Origin: Squalus acanthias
Taxonomy: Eukaryota
Reading direction: 5' to 3'
Assembly (NCBI GenBank): GCA_030390025.1
Contig: JASTWF010000070.1
Location: forward strand, 1,116,001 to 1,180,000
DNA: 64,000 nucleotides
The translations under genes were made by a program, and so were the position numbers. Under the pieces are notes generated by a model. That model was not told the origin of the DNA. It saw only the letters and a program-made list of their open reading frames with translations, and searched no databases. Of this stretch, positions 37,156-51,016 are shown piece by piece. Every line of letters begins with the position of its first letter. Position 1 is the first letter of the stretch.

Positions 37156-39224
37156 TAGGTGTCTCCGCAGCGAGTTTTTGACACAGACCTACTATACTGT
37201 GTGGGAAATGTTCATCTTTACCTCTTTTGCCGACCCGCGTGTAGTTCCTAAACTATCCTCCACGTTCACAGCCCAGCCCAAAGACCCTGAGCATACGTTC
37301 ATTATCTGTGCTTTTCCGACCTGGATGATGTCCCCTTTCAATATTTGATTGAGCAACGGAATCAGACTGAGTTTTAGCAATCTCTTTCATAATCAACTCC
37401 CAGAATGATGCGTGGCGCTCTTTAATGAATGGCCTGTAATGGATCAATTTCGCTTTTGAAGTTAGGGCGCCAAAGGTGACACCTGTGGTTTCAGCACCGA
37501 TCTACAGAAGCTTAAGGTTTGGAAATCAAACAGCCACGTGATGTGTGTTGTCAGAATAATCCTTATCCTTCACTGTAATATATACTGGTGGACTCAAGAG
37601 ATAGAGAGATTAATAATCTTTATTTATCAGCACAATTTTAGAAACTTAGCTCCTCCAGTGCTATGAGAATGATTTCAATTGTACTCACAAGCTCATCTAT
37701 TTAATTATGCAAGGTAAGCAAGTTGATCGTACGTCAGCATGTTCATAGTACGTGTGATTATTACGTACGCACGCAGGATTAATATGTAAACTCGTTGGTG
37801 TTCACGCATGCTACTCGCAGTCCCGCCTCCCCCCACCAGCCTTTCACATGCTCATTGGCGACACCCTCTGTCCAGTGTTCTCTGGACATTTCACAAGCAT
37901 GATTGAACATATTCAGAATCCTCACTTGCTGATCGAGGAGCACAGGAGCAGGAGTAGATCCACAGTGGATTTCCTCGCACTTCCCCACATTGAGCGACAT
38001 CTGTCACATTTCCCTCCACTCACAATCTGTACATATCCCCTTTCAAATTGTTGCTCCCTTCTGCACAAGTTACTGTGCCTACTAACTTAACACCAACTTC
38101 AAACAGGGATATGCAACTCCCTATTCCTTCATCCAACTCATTAATAAATACGGTGGAAAGATTGAGGCCGCAGAACAGATCCCAGGGGAACACCACTTGT
38201 CACATCCCGCCAATCTGAGTACATACTCTTTATTCCGACTCTCTGTCTCCTGCTTCCCATCCAAACTCCAACCCAAATAAAAAGGCTCCACCCATCCCAT
38301 GTGGTTTCAACTTGTCCAATAATCTTTAATGTGGAACCTTATTGAATACCTTCTGGGATTGCATATAGATAACATCCATAGACATCCTTTCTGTATCTGA
38401 TTAGTGACATCCTCAAGAAATGTAACTGGAATAGTCAGATATGATTTACCTTTAAGAAAGCCATTCTGGCCCCCTCTGACCAGCTCATATTTGCTTAAAT
38501 GTTCACTCACTCTATCCCTAATGACAGATTCTATTAACTTCCCCACAACTGAGGTCGAACTGACAGACCGGTAGTGACCTGGCTTCTCTCTCCCACCCTA
38601 CTTCAATAATCCAGTATCTGGACCCCAGTGTACAGGTTCTGGGCACGTCATCTCAGAAAGGATATACTGGAGGGAGTTCAGCGCTGATTCACCAGAATGT
38701 TACCAGGAATCCAAGGGATAAATTACGAGGAGAGATTAAAGAAACTAGGCTTGTATTCCCTGGAATATGTAATGTTAAGGGGTGATTTGTTTGAGGTTCA
38801 TAAGATTTTGTGAGGGATTGATAGGGTAGACAGAGAGAAACTACTCTTCCGGTGGGGGGACGTCCACAACAAGGAAGCATAACCTTAAAATTAAGAAATC
38901 CAATAGGGAATTCAGGAGCAACCTTTTATACCCAGAGAGTGCTGAGAATGTGGAACTCGCTACCATATGGAATAGTTGAATCGAATTGTATAGAAGCATT
39001 TAAGGGGAAGCTCGATGAGTACATGAGGGAGAAAGGAATAGAAGGATATGTTGATGGAGTGAGATGAATAGGGGGGGGAGGACGCTCGTGTGGAGCATAA
39101 ACACCGGCATAGACTGATTGGGCTGAATGTCCTGTTTGTTCTGTACATTCCATGTAATCCACTCAATGTCCCTTTAAGTGCTGAGTAAAGACGGACCACT
39201 TTAAGCTCGTGGCAGCATTTCATG

Positions 39225-39230
39225 TTTATT
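39225..39230 (-). terminator. Polyadenylation signal, cluster 3
   Basis: AATAAA ~310 nt after the C stop. Confidence 0.6.
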
Positions 39231-39540
39231 AAGAGCTGTGTTACACAAGTTCCCAATCACAATATGATCACAGACTAAAGGGAAATCTGTCCCCATTCTA
39301 CACACAGCGAAAGTTTACACACAAGATTATGGGGACAGTTGTACAGAAAGTTCCATCTCACAAACCTGGACAATCATTTCGTTCTCTTCTGATATAATTG
39401 AACATTCGGGTTGTTTGACAAAAATTGAAATTGCTACAGCGATTATAATGCAAAAAAAGACTGATTGCTCACATTGAATGATCTATTTCATGATATTAAA
39501 CAATACCAAAAATCAAACTCCACTGCCAACTCGCACCGCC

Positions 39541-39869
39541 TCAGTCTGAACACGAGGAGGCGCTGATGGTCTTGAGAAGAGGCGAGCTCAGGGAGCCGTG
39601 GCTGACGCTGCAGGAATAGCTGGAGCCCTTGTTCCAGGCGGCGGCGGGGACTCTCAGGTAACTGCTCAGGCTGTAGGTTTGATCGCTGTCCGGGGACACG
39701 GCGCCTGTCGTCACCCCGCTGTCTGTCTCTTGGCCATTCACGCTCCAGCGGAGCCGCACTAAGCCCGGCTTGAAGCGACTGACCAGGCAGGACAGAGTGG
39801 CCGATCCCGAGCCGATGTCTTCCGAGGAGGGAGGGAGAAGAAGAACCGAGGGGCTTCGATCCTCGCTGC
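39541..39869 (-). CDS. IgL: IgL sigma-cart constant exon, cluster 3, intact
   Basis: SSEDRSPSVLLLPPSSEDIGSGSATLSCLVSRFKPG..WNKGSSYSCSVSHGSLSSPLLKTISASSCSD*; 329 nt. Confidence 0.95.
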
Positions 39870-42800
39870 CTGTGTGTGGGGGGAGAGAAAATTCATTAGT
39901 TTATGGAATCCGTCAGCAGTGGGACGCTCTGATCTGAAATCAAAGACGCCAAAGAACCCCCGACCAACATTCACTTTAAAATAAATTACTGATTAATACA
40001 GGAGTTCCAATAAATTCTTAAATCTCTAATTCCTCTGCTCCTCTGCCAATTCTTTTCCCTACATTACAACAGTGACTTGGTTCAAAAGTACTTCATTGGC
40101 TGTAAAGCGCTTTGGGACGTCCTGATGTCGTGAAAGTAGCTGCAGAAATACAAGTCTTCCTTTCTTTCTTTCTTTTAAAATAGCACAGAAAATGCAGAAA
40201 TACAGACCGGGTCAGTCAGCATGTGTGAGGTGGAAAGATCAGTAACTGACCAGTTCAGGTGCAGGTTACACCCCCGGAACCGCACTAACCTGTCTGTTTC
40301 CGTTACAGACACTGACCGACCCGCCGTGTATTCCCAGCATTTTCTGTTTTTATTCGATTTTGTATAATTGCAGTTCTTTCCCGTTTTACTTCAATATAAT
40401 AAAGCGTTTGATTGTCTTAAAATGGGTTGTGTTAACATTAAAGAGGTCAAGTCACGGAGCTGTGACCCGCTTTTCACCGAGAATCCACATTATGTTCTGA
40501 TATCTCAAACTGATGCAGCCCATTCAAAGACCCGCCACAGGCAGGATGGGCCGAATGGCCTCCTTCTCTACTGAATTATTCTATCAGACTCCGGAAAAAA
40601 AAATTACAATTCAAATTTTTTTTAGAATTGCGTGTTAGAAACTGATCCGCTTTAAATGTTGCGGAGATAATAATTGAGTCGGGTCTGTTACCGGGTAATG
40701 AAGAGCTCACTGAATAAAGAGAGGACATTGTACACAGGCTGGCAATTAATGTAGTGACTGCCTAACAATATTGTAAATGCTTTACACAGAATTACACAGA
40801 ATATACAGCACAGAAACAGGCCATTCGGCCCAACCAGTCCATGCCGGTGTTTACGCTCCACTCGAGCCTCCTCCCTTACTTCCACATCTAACTCTATCAG
40901 CATAACCCTCTGATCCCTTCAACCTCATGTGCTTATCTAGCCTCCCCTTAAATGCATCTATACTGTTCGCCTCAACCACTCCCTGTGGTAGCGAGTTCCA
41001 CATTCTCACCACTCTCTCGGTAAAGAAGTTTCTCCTGAATTCCCTATTGGATTTCTTGGTGACTATCTTATATTGATGGTCTCTAGTTTTGCTCTTCCCC
41101 ACAAGTGGAAACACTCTCTCTGCAGCTACTCTATCAAAAACTTTCATCATTTTAAAAACCTCTATTCGGCCACTCCTCAGCCTTCTCTTTGATGAAGGGT
41201 CTTCACTGTTCGGTATTTCTAGTGAAATGGGGAGCACGGATTGTAAAAGATTCTCGCTACAGAGGCAAGCAAGGAGTCCTCCCCGCGCGGGTGAATTGAT
41301 TTCTCTCTCGGAATCAGCTCAGTCTCGCCGGTCCCGGAGCGATCCGTTCAACACTGGGCGGTAGCGGGACCCGACAGATCAACCCAGGAGAATCGGCGCT
41401 CTCCCCGGGGGGACACTGGACAGGGAGAGTCAGCAGACATAGCCTGGGGGACGGGAGAGGGTCAGCAGCGAGAGAATGAGATGGAGAGAAAGTTCCCTTC
41501 AACAAGCATCACCCAGTCTCACTCACACACACGGGGCTGGTCAGTAATTGTCAGTGCGCCGCTCCATGGTAAAGCGCCGGTCCTGCTCTATAAACAGCGG
41601 GGAGATTGCGAATAATAAACTCAGACAGATTAAATATCGGAACAGGTAATTCAGAATAAAACCGATCCCGTCAAACGAATACAATCCCGACTAGTCCTGG
41701 TGTTGCTGGCGACAGGGACTTGATCCAACCGGTTGTGTGCTGGGACAGCGGGTCTCGGGAGGGTCCTCACTCTCTGCCAGCCCAGAGCCGGACACCCGAC
41801 GGCTGCGGTCAGGGGGACAATACGTCACAGGAATAAAACCAGCAGCAACATTGAAAGTTGCAAATGACGGTAAATGGGTTGGAATTCCCCCGGGGTTCGC
41901 CCACCGGCTCCGGGCAATCTTTCTAAAATCGGACGGTGTCGACTCTGGACAATAGGAATAATTCCACATACACAAAGAGAAGAAGTAAGGAGCAGCATAG
42001 AATCATACAGCACAGAAGGAGGCCATTCGGCACATCGTGCCTGTGCCGGCTCTTTGAAAGAGTTCTCCAATTTGTTCCACTCCGCTGCTCTTTCCCCACA
42101 GCCCTGCAATGTTCTCCCTTAAAGTCTCAGAGTAACACAGTGACATATTCAGTGTCCACTGTCAGAACTTCACAGTGTCGCTCACAACTTTCCTCTCTCT
42201 CTCTCTGTCTCTTGCCGCACCCGAATGATACCGGGGCTTACAGGGGTAAATTACGAGGACGGGTTGCATAAACCTGGTTTGTATTCCTTTGAGTTTAGAA
42301 GATTCAGAGGTGATCTGATCGAGGTGTTTAAAATGTGAAAAAGGATTCGATCGGTTAAACGCAGAGAAACGATTTTATCCGGTGGGGGAATCGGGAACCA
42401 GGGGACATCAACTTAAAATTAGAGCCCTTTTCACACAGGCTCGAGTGGCTGAATGGCCTCCTCCTGTTCCTATGTCACTATTTTATGAATCAGTGCTCCT
42501 CTGAGGTCATTCGACCCATGGTGCCTGTGCCGGATATTTGAAAGAGCTCTCCAAATATTCCCACTCCCCTTTTCCCGCGGCCATGCATTTAATCTTTGCA
42601 AGTATGTATCCAATTCCCTTTTGAGAGTTACTATTGAATCTGCTTCCACCGCCGTTTCAGGCAGCGCGTTCCAGATCATAACAACTCGCTGCGTAAAAAG
42701 AACACTTCTCCTCATCTCCCCTATTGAATGGGAGCAGGAAATGGTGTCAAACTTCATTTCAGCACAGTATTATTCCCCGAGGCACTGCAACAATTCCAAT

Positions 42801-42946
42801 TCTGACCAGTTTAACATTTTTTGGTTATAAATAGATTTAACATCAAAATTCACTAAATGGAGATTTCTCTGGCGCCCGGGAGTGAAAGCGACTGTAAATT
42901 AATAATAATTGAAAAATGTGAATGATAGAATGAGAGAGTCACTTAC

Positions 42947-43300
42947 TCTTTACACTCAGGACGGTCCCCGGTCCGAAGATGAATCCCGACTCCCACACAG
43001 CACAGTAATAGACGGCGGAGTCACCGGGCACCAGGGTTCCGATGGTCAGAATGTAACTGTTACCGGAGGAATCTTTGGAAGGTTGAAAACGGTCTGTGAA
43101 GCCGGTGCCTCGGAATATGTCATTATCTGTTTCATGCTCCAGCACCCACACCGGAGCTTCACCGGGTCGCTGTCGGAACCAGTCCACATCCTCGCTGCTC
43201 ACAGCCCCGTTCTCCATCGCACAGTGTAACCGGGCGGTCTGACCCGCGGAGACAGGATCGGATATTGGCGACTGACTGAGGACGGGAGCCGCCAGGACAC
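42947..43300 (-). CDS. IgL: Germline-joined VJ exon, cluster 3, intact
   Basis: APVLSQSP..LHCAMENGAVSSEDVDWFRQRPG..LEHETDNDIFRG..YYCAVWESGFIFGPGTVLSVK S|gtaag; 354 nt. Confidence 0.95.
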
Positions 43301-43452
43301 CTTCAATAAAAGAAAAAAAATAACACATTCAGAGACTTGGAGCAAATAGGATGTTAATTCTTCAATAAACACGGAGAGAAAACCGCCCGATTCTCGGTAT
43401 TGAACCGATTTAGTTGCGGATAAACCCGTGACTAAAACCATCCGTCTCTCAC

Positions 43453-43501
43453 CTGTTAAATGGATCAGCAGAGCCCACAGGAGATGCATCGCTGGAGCCA
43501 T
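43453..43501 (-). CDS. IgL: IgL leader exon, cluster 3
   Basis: MAPAMHLLWALLIHLT G|gtgag. Confidence 0.9.
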
Positions 43502-43619
43502 TTCCTCCGGAGAAGCGCCAACAGCCACCGCTCAAAATTTCCGACTGAACCGAGCGTTGTTCCTGTAAACTCCGGGACCCGGTCCGGTTACAGTGTCTGC
43601 AAACCCGAGACTCCGGGTC

Positions 43620-43642
43620 TATTTATTACCCGGTATGCAAAT
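43620..43642 (-). promoter_or_regulatory. Octamer plus TATA-like box, cluster 3
   Basis: ATTTGCAT 43635-43642 then TAATAAATA. Confidence 0.85.
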
Positions 43643-46214
43643 GGCTGGGAGGGGCCAGGAAAAGGAAGGAGGCAGATTTTTAATTCGGGATTTTTATTTA
43701 AATCTATTTGTGTCTGACTAAATTATTACAATCTTAAACGTTTAATATACAAATATTTAATTTCCAATTTGAGTTTCTGTTCAGGGAAGATTCCAAGATT
43801 CCGAAGATTTTTGCGATAATGAATATTTAGTCTGTTTTCTACCCCACAAAAATGAGGGGCGGATTGTAGAGATACGGATCAGCTGATGCATTTCAGCCGG
43901 AATCGTTCTGATAACGCGCTGTTACACTCTGATATAATGCATCAGATTTTAAAATAATCCTTTCCCCCTAAAATAAATATTTCATAATAGACTGACATCC
44001 CTTTCTCTAAATCAGCAGCAACACATTTGTCAATCCCTTTAAAATTGGTGTTTCAATTGATAAATATGATTTGGGCTTCAGTCTGTAAATACATTTCTGA
44101 TGAGAATATTCCTGAGGCAGAGCAAAGAGCAAATTAGATGAATAAAAAAGATGGCAGGAAATTGGAATTTTACACCCTGCCCCGGATTAAAGACAAGTTG
44201 TTCTGTTATAGTCTGAGTCATCCCCTTTAACACTCAGGAGGACAAATTAAACTCGGCACAATATTAATAAAATGACTCCTTGCCTTTAATTTGCTGCGGG
44301 TCCGATTAATGCGCGCAGTTCCCGTTTTAAACCCTGTTCCAGTTGAATTATTAAGCGGCGGGGTCAGTCGTTTCTGGGGCTCTGTGATGTTGAACAGTTC
44401 TCGTGTTTGGAGTCAATCCCTAACTCCTCACACTGAGTCTTGGTTCATGTTTTTAAAAGTCAGATTGAAACTGGTTAGTGTCAGTTACTTGAGGGCGAAA
44501 GAAACATGCATCAAGATGTTAATAATTGGGTTGTCTCGAGATATTAGCGTCAAAGGAATAATATTTTTTGTTTAATAAATAGCTGAATTGTGTATCTGTG
44601 ATGTTAGGTATTCCCCTGTTTCTTAGAAAAACACACAGAGCGGCCGGACGGATTCTCGCCCCCTGGAATAGCCGACACTGAATTCGAGCAGGGAAGCCCA
44701 GGTGCTTGGTTCTGTTTCTGCGCTTGAACTGATCACTGATTCCGCTGGTCTGTTAATATTATTAAAGGGGCTTTGGTGCATTGACTGGAGCTGCTCCCTC
44801 AACCTTGCACAGGTCCCCAAAGCTTTGTCACTGCTGACACTGACACGGCTGATTGGAGAACCAATCATTGAAGAGCACTGGCAACACCGCGCATTGCACG
44901 TTGGGAACTGTAGTTCCATATTGGGCAATACATAAGATCAGCGTGTCTATTGACACCACTGTGTCAGCTCTACCTCACCACGGCCTCTCTCGACTCCATC
45001 ACTGTCTCTAAATTGTCACACCGCTTGTCCGACATCCAGCACTGGATGAGCAGAAATTTCCTTCGACGAAATTTTGGGAAGACCGAAGCCATTCTCTTCG
45101 GTCTCCACCACAAATTCCATTCCCTCACCACCGACTCCATCCCTCTCCCTGGGAAATATCTGAGTCTAATACAGACTGTTGGCAACCATGATTTCATATC
45201 TGCCATAACTAAGACAGCCTATTTCCACCTCAATAACATCGCCCAACTCCACCGCACCTCAGCTCATCATCTGCTGAAACCATCATGCGCAACGTTTTTA
45301 CCTCTAGTCTTTACTATACCAACACACACCTGGCCGGCCTCCCACTTTCTACCCTCCGTAAACTTCAGACTATCCAAAACATGCACCAAGTTCCTTCACC
45401 CCTGTGCTCGCTGACCTGCATTGGCTCCCGGTTACATAACACCTCAATTTTTATATGATCATTATTGTTTTCAAATCCGTCCATGGCCTCACCCATCCCT
45501 GTCTCTGTCATCTCCTCCAGCCCTGCAACATTCCGAGATATCTGCGTTCCTCCAATTCTGGCCTCTTGTGGATCACTCCACCATTGGTGGCAGTGCTTTC
45601 AGCTGGCTAGGCCCTAAGCTCTGGACTTCCCTCACTGCACCTCTCTGCTTCTCTACCTCTCTTTCCGCCTTTAAGACACTCCTTAAAACCTGCATTTTTG
45701 ATCAAGCTTTTGGTCTTCGGCCCTAATATCTCCTTATGTGGCTCGGTGTCAAAGTTTTTCATAACACTCCTGTGAAGTAACTTTGGACGTTTTACTACAT
45801 TGAAGGTGAGATATGAATACAAGTTGTTGTTGTTGTTTGAGGTGCGACGGGACTTTAGGCAGGATTCATCTCGAACAGTTTACCTTACAGCAAACAAACT
45901 CTATTTATTCAGCAAACCGAGTCTATTTAAGCAGCGCATGACAGCAAACAGTCTACAGGGTCTATTTAAAAAGAGCATGGACAAAAGACAGCAAACAGAA
46001 CTCATGACCAGAACTAAACAACTTCGCCCGATAAAAGCTGGCTGATTTCTCCAGCATAATGTACTGAGTCGAGGATACTTAGAGAATACAAATTATGGGC
46101 GTAAAACGTTACTGTTATATATTTAGGTGTTACCCAGAGCAGCTATTAGTTTTTTTTTACAGTATTTGTCATACTATCTAATGCCATAATTGAGCTGAAT
46201 ACATCACATCTACT

Positions 46215-47683
46215 TACATAGAATCATAGAAGATAGGAGCAGGAGTAGGCCATTCGGCCCCTCTAGCCTGCTCCGCCATTCAATGCGATCATGGCTGATC
46301 ATCCAAATGCTGTACCCTATCCCTGCTTTCTCCCCATATCCCTTGATCCCTTTAGCCTTAAGAAAGATATCCAACTGCTTCTTCAATCTATTTAATGAAT
46401 TGGCCTCTACTGCCTTCTGTGGCAGAGAATTCCAAAGGTTCACCACTCTCTGGGTGAAGAAATTCCTCCTCATTTCTGTCCTAAATGGCTTACCCCTTAT
46501 CCTTAGACTCTGACCCCTGGTTCTGGACTCCCCGACCATCGGGAACATCCTTCCTGCATCCAGTTTGTCCTGTCCTGTCAGAATTTTATAAGTTTCAAGG
46601 AGATCCCCTCTCATTCTTCTAAACTCCAGCGAGTAAAAGCCCAATCGACCCAATCTCTCTTCATACGTCATACCTGCCATCCCAGGAATCATCCTTGTGA
46701 ATCTTCGCTGAACTCCTTCCATGGCAAGAATAACCTTCCTCAGATAAGGCGACCAAAACTGCACCCAGTACTCAACGTGTAGCAAGACATCCTTGTTCCT
46801 GTACTCAAACCCTCTCGCTATGAAGGCCAACATACCATTTGTAATCTTAACCGCCTGCTGCACCTGCATGCTTACCTTCAGCGACTGGTGCCCAAGAACA
46901 CCCAGGTGTCGTTGCACTTCCCCTTCTCCCAATCTATTGCAATTCAGATAATAATCTGCCTTTCTGTTTTTGACACCAAAGTGGATAACCTCGCATTTAT
47001 CCACGTTATATTACATCTGCCACGCTTCTGCCCAATCACCCAACCTGTGCAAATCATCCTGGAGTTTCTCGGCATCCTCCTCGCAGCACACACGCCCACC
47101 CAGTTTTGTGTCGTCTGCAAACTTGGAGATATTACGTCTAGTTCCCTTGACTAGATCATTAATATATATTGTGAATAGCTGGGGTCCAAGGACCGATCCC
47201 TGCGGTACCCCACCAGTCACTGCCTGCCACTCGGAAAAAGACCCGTTTATTCCAACTCTTTGCTTTCTGTCTGCCAACCAGTTCTCTATCCAAGTCAATA
47301 CCTTGCCCCCAATCCCATGTGTCTTAACTTTACACGCTAATCTCTTATGCGGACCTTATCAAAAGCCTCTTGGAAGGCCAAATACACCACATCCACTGGT
47401 TCTCCCTGATCTATTTTACTCGTTACATCCTCAAAAAATGCCAGTAGATTCGTCAAACATGATTTACCTTTTGTAAATCCATGTTGACTTTGTCCGATCC
47501 TGTCACTGTTTTGCGTGTGCTCAGCTATTACATCTTTTATAATGGCCTCTAGCATTATCCCCACTTCCGATGTCAGGCTTACCGGTCTGTAATTCCCCGT
47601 TTTCTCTCTACCACCGATTTTGAATAGTGGGGTAACATTAGCAACTCTCCAATCCATGGGTACTGTTCCAGATTCCATCATGT
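46215..47683 (-). mobile_element. CR1 LINE RT fragment (paralog of 32345-33845)
   Basis: RT motifs in ORFs 46210-47681. Confidence 0.9.
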
Positions 47684-49224
47684 ACTAAATCACCAACACT
47701 GGAGATTAAAATGGAAAGAAGGAAAGGTGAGGAATAATTAATTATTGCTAGTAAAGTGCGCCTTTCTGTAAACATGTTGACAGGGTTTATAGCTCCATTT
47801 CAGTTAGTGAAGTGGGTGCAGGAACAGAGAGACCTGGGGTTCAGGTACACCCATCTTTGAAGGTAGCAGGACAAGTTGCGAAGGCTGTTGAAATAGAGGT
47901 AAAGATGACAAAACAAGGGCGTTATGCTGAACCTTAATAAACACTGGTTAGTCCTCAGTTGCAGTATTGTGTTCAATTCTGGGCACCACACTTTAAGATA
48001 GATGTCAAGACCATGTAGAGGAGATTAACTAGAATGGAACCAGGGATGAGGGACTTTACTTATGTGGAGAGACTGGAATAGTTCTCCTTAGAGCAGGGAG
48101 GGTTAAGGGGAGATTCCGATGCTGGGTTGCCTGAGCACCGGGTAATCCGGCTCGCAGCCGTTAAATTCAAGTCAGACTCCCAACTGCATTGTGGGAGCCT
48201 GATTTAAATATTATGAAGAGGTTTCCCGCCTGAGAGCTTAGATATGGCGACAGGAGCTTATGCACTGGGTTCAGGTGGGGTTAGCTCATTTTTATAGGTA
48301 ACACCCCCCACCCTCTCCCGCCCATCTTATTCCCATCCATTCCCCCAATAGGGTTCCCAGGTCCTATTCCGTTCAGGAATGAATTGCTGGGTCAATAAAG
48401 TATTCTAAGAGCACTGTATGTAGGTTACAGAGCACCAACAACAACGTGTTTTTATGCAGCGCCTTTAACGTAGTAAAACGTCCCAAGGTGCTGCACAGGT
48501 GCGCTTAAGAAACAAAATTTGTCACCGATCCACATAAGGAGATATTGGGAAAGGTGACCAAAAGCTTGCTCAGGGAGGTGGGTTATAAGGAGGGTCTTAA
48601 AGGTGAAGAGAGAGGCGGAGAGGTTTAGAGAAGGGACTTGGGCAGATTGGGATCCATCGAGTTTCGCTACCAACAGTTAAAATGAGAAATCTTCAGAAAT
48701 TTGCGGGGAATCGAACAGCTTGAGCACTTTAAGTGACAGGAGTGTCATTCCGCCGCATTCACAGCTCCAGGATTGTCCTTTCGCTTTGGAGTCAAGGCCT
48801 GTACTTTGCTTAGCTGAGCGTGTCCGGTGCGGACGGTGACCGTGGTGAGTCGCGACCCAACTGCTGGCTCCATGCCGCTGCTGAAAATGAACTCACCTTA
48901 ATGGGGCCTATTAAGCCCGACCAGCGCGTTACCCGGCCCAATGAGATGGAGCGAGTCTGGTGACGTCATTCATGACGCGTTATCAGCCGGGATCTTTAAA
49001 GGGACCGTGGCCACATCACAGTTGAAGTTTAATCTAACATAGTGCTGTCGGTACACCAAGGGACATGGGTGAGAGATGACAGCGGGATCCTGACCCGCTG
49101 ACAAAAAAAATCAGAATTCCCTCCCGAACCCCCACCGATCTCGCCTGCTGTCACACCGGAAAATACCGGCTGGGTCTGCACTGAGTTCTAAACGACTCCA
49201 ACCTAAAGTCCAACTGCAATCTTA

Positions 49225-51016
49225 GGGGGGAATTTTCCTGGGGTTCAACGGCGGGATCGGTAGCGGGTCAGGAGGGAAAGTGTTTTTTTTAAGGTGGTCG
49301 GGATCCCGCTGTCAACCCGCCACGACGCGCCTTTACCAAATGTCGGGTCTGTCAGCGCAAAACAAACCCGACACGTGGCGGCGGGGGAGGCAATTCAGGT
49401 CATTATGATCTTGTTAACAGAGCAGCAACAAATTTTGAGCTCACCTTTAGAACTTACCAGCTCGTCAATGGGGTACACACTGCTGGGGCATCACATCTGT
49501 TAAACTGGATGGGAGTTGAATCGCCATCTCATTACTTGACATCTGGAAATGTGCTGTAAAATGTCCCATCTCACAGCTGTTCACTTTCCAAACTCAAAAG
49601 CTGTTGCTTACTGCATTTGGAAGAGAGATTGAACTTTAAGCAGATTTCAAGTGTTTGGAGCAATCTCGTTCATAGTGCGTGTAATTATTACGTATGCACG
49701 CAGGGTTAATATGTAAGCTCGTGTCACCTCATTGCAACAACCTCTTTCACCATTGACAGATTCCTTCTCTCATCTCAAGTTCACCTGCCAACTATTCCAT
49801 CAGCATGGGTACGGTTTATACTCTCCCACCTTGGTCCTCATAATCTGAGCACAATCAGCCGCAACATCAGTATCAACAGGCACACCAGCAGCACCAACAA
49901 CAACACCAACCTTCTGCGCAATCACCTGATGCTGCACAGGGCAGAGGACATCAGCACCCAACCACATTGCTGTCCGGGGCTCTAGTGATGGCCTCACCGT
50001 GGCCAGATTTACTTCACTTGACGCTCCACACCCAAATGGCTGCCACATGATGAGCCAGGTTGGCACCACCCCAAACCAACAACGTAAAGCATCCCTACAA
50101 TGCCCAAGCCATTCCTTTTTCACTCATCAACATTGCGGGGGTGGGGGTACGATTATGTTTCAACAGTCACTGCAACTCACTAAGCCACTTTCAAAGGTGC
50201 ACACCAATCTGTCGAAGAATGGAAGAAGTGTAGAAAAAAATGATTTCTATGTCTCATAACAGAAATTTCAAATGATAATTGGCTAAAACACACAAGTGCC
50301 TATCCTTGTGTGTTGTTAGTTGGTATGATTCGACTAGGATGATGGTGAGTGTGAGAGGTGGCTAGTGATATGTGCAAGTGAGAATGTAGATAGAGAGGGA
50401 TGGCTAGAGGGGCAAGGTAAGTTGGTGTGAGGATGGCTGTGCAGCAGTAGGACAGGGAAGACAGAGTCATGGGGATGTGAGAAGTGGCACAGCAGGATGA
50501 GGTTGAGAGTGGCTTTGCATTAACATTTCGTGTTCTACTGAGATCATTGAATGGTTTCCGCCACTGAAGTCTGGTCCTCTTGACGATATCCCTGCTTCTG
50601 TTCTCCTGTGCAATGTGCAACCAGGCTGCGTTGGTCTCCTGGGGAGGTCTCACTGGAAGGGAAAAAACCCTCCCTACGTGCTCTGAAGGGAGTCATGGAA
50701 GAGCTTGGGTGCAGCCGTACACCTCTGTGAAGTGCTTATCAATGTTTGCAGCACTTCAATGCTGCAGAACAGGAACAGCACAAATGTCAAAGTAAATTTG
50801 TGCATGGTCCCTTTAATAAAACCGGCTGATGACGCATCATTAAATGACGTCATCAGACCCGCTTCCTTCAATTCGCTGGGAAACTCGCAAAACGGGATTA
50901 ACAAGGCCAATCAGGGGAAAATCATGTCGGAGGCCGAGATTGAGCCAGCAGCCAGGCCGCGACCCAGCAACGACTTCGCCCGCCATGGACCCGCCCAGTT
51001 CGGAGAAATCGCGGCC
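49225..51016 (-). mobile_element. PIF/Harbinger-like element with Myb/SANT-like ORF remnant
   Basis: TTA|gggggg...gcggcc|TAA; RPPQETNAAWLHIAQENRSRDIVKRTRLQWRKPFNDLSR (ORF 50300-50653). Confidence 0.7.

Noticed and set aside
42135-42180. Two CACAGTG heptamers ~35 bp apart in the J-C intron (also ~55988-56030)
   Set aside because: No ACAAAAACC-like nonamer at 12- or 23-bp spacing, and units 1 and 2 each keep only one; not credible RSSs.
43219-43226. CACAGTG at the first V cysteine (copies 3 and 4) and TACTGTG at YYC
   Set aside because: Explained by His/Tyr-Cys codons and no nonamer follows; the embedded heptamer is generic to V genes.
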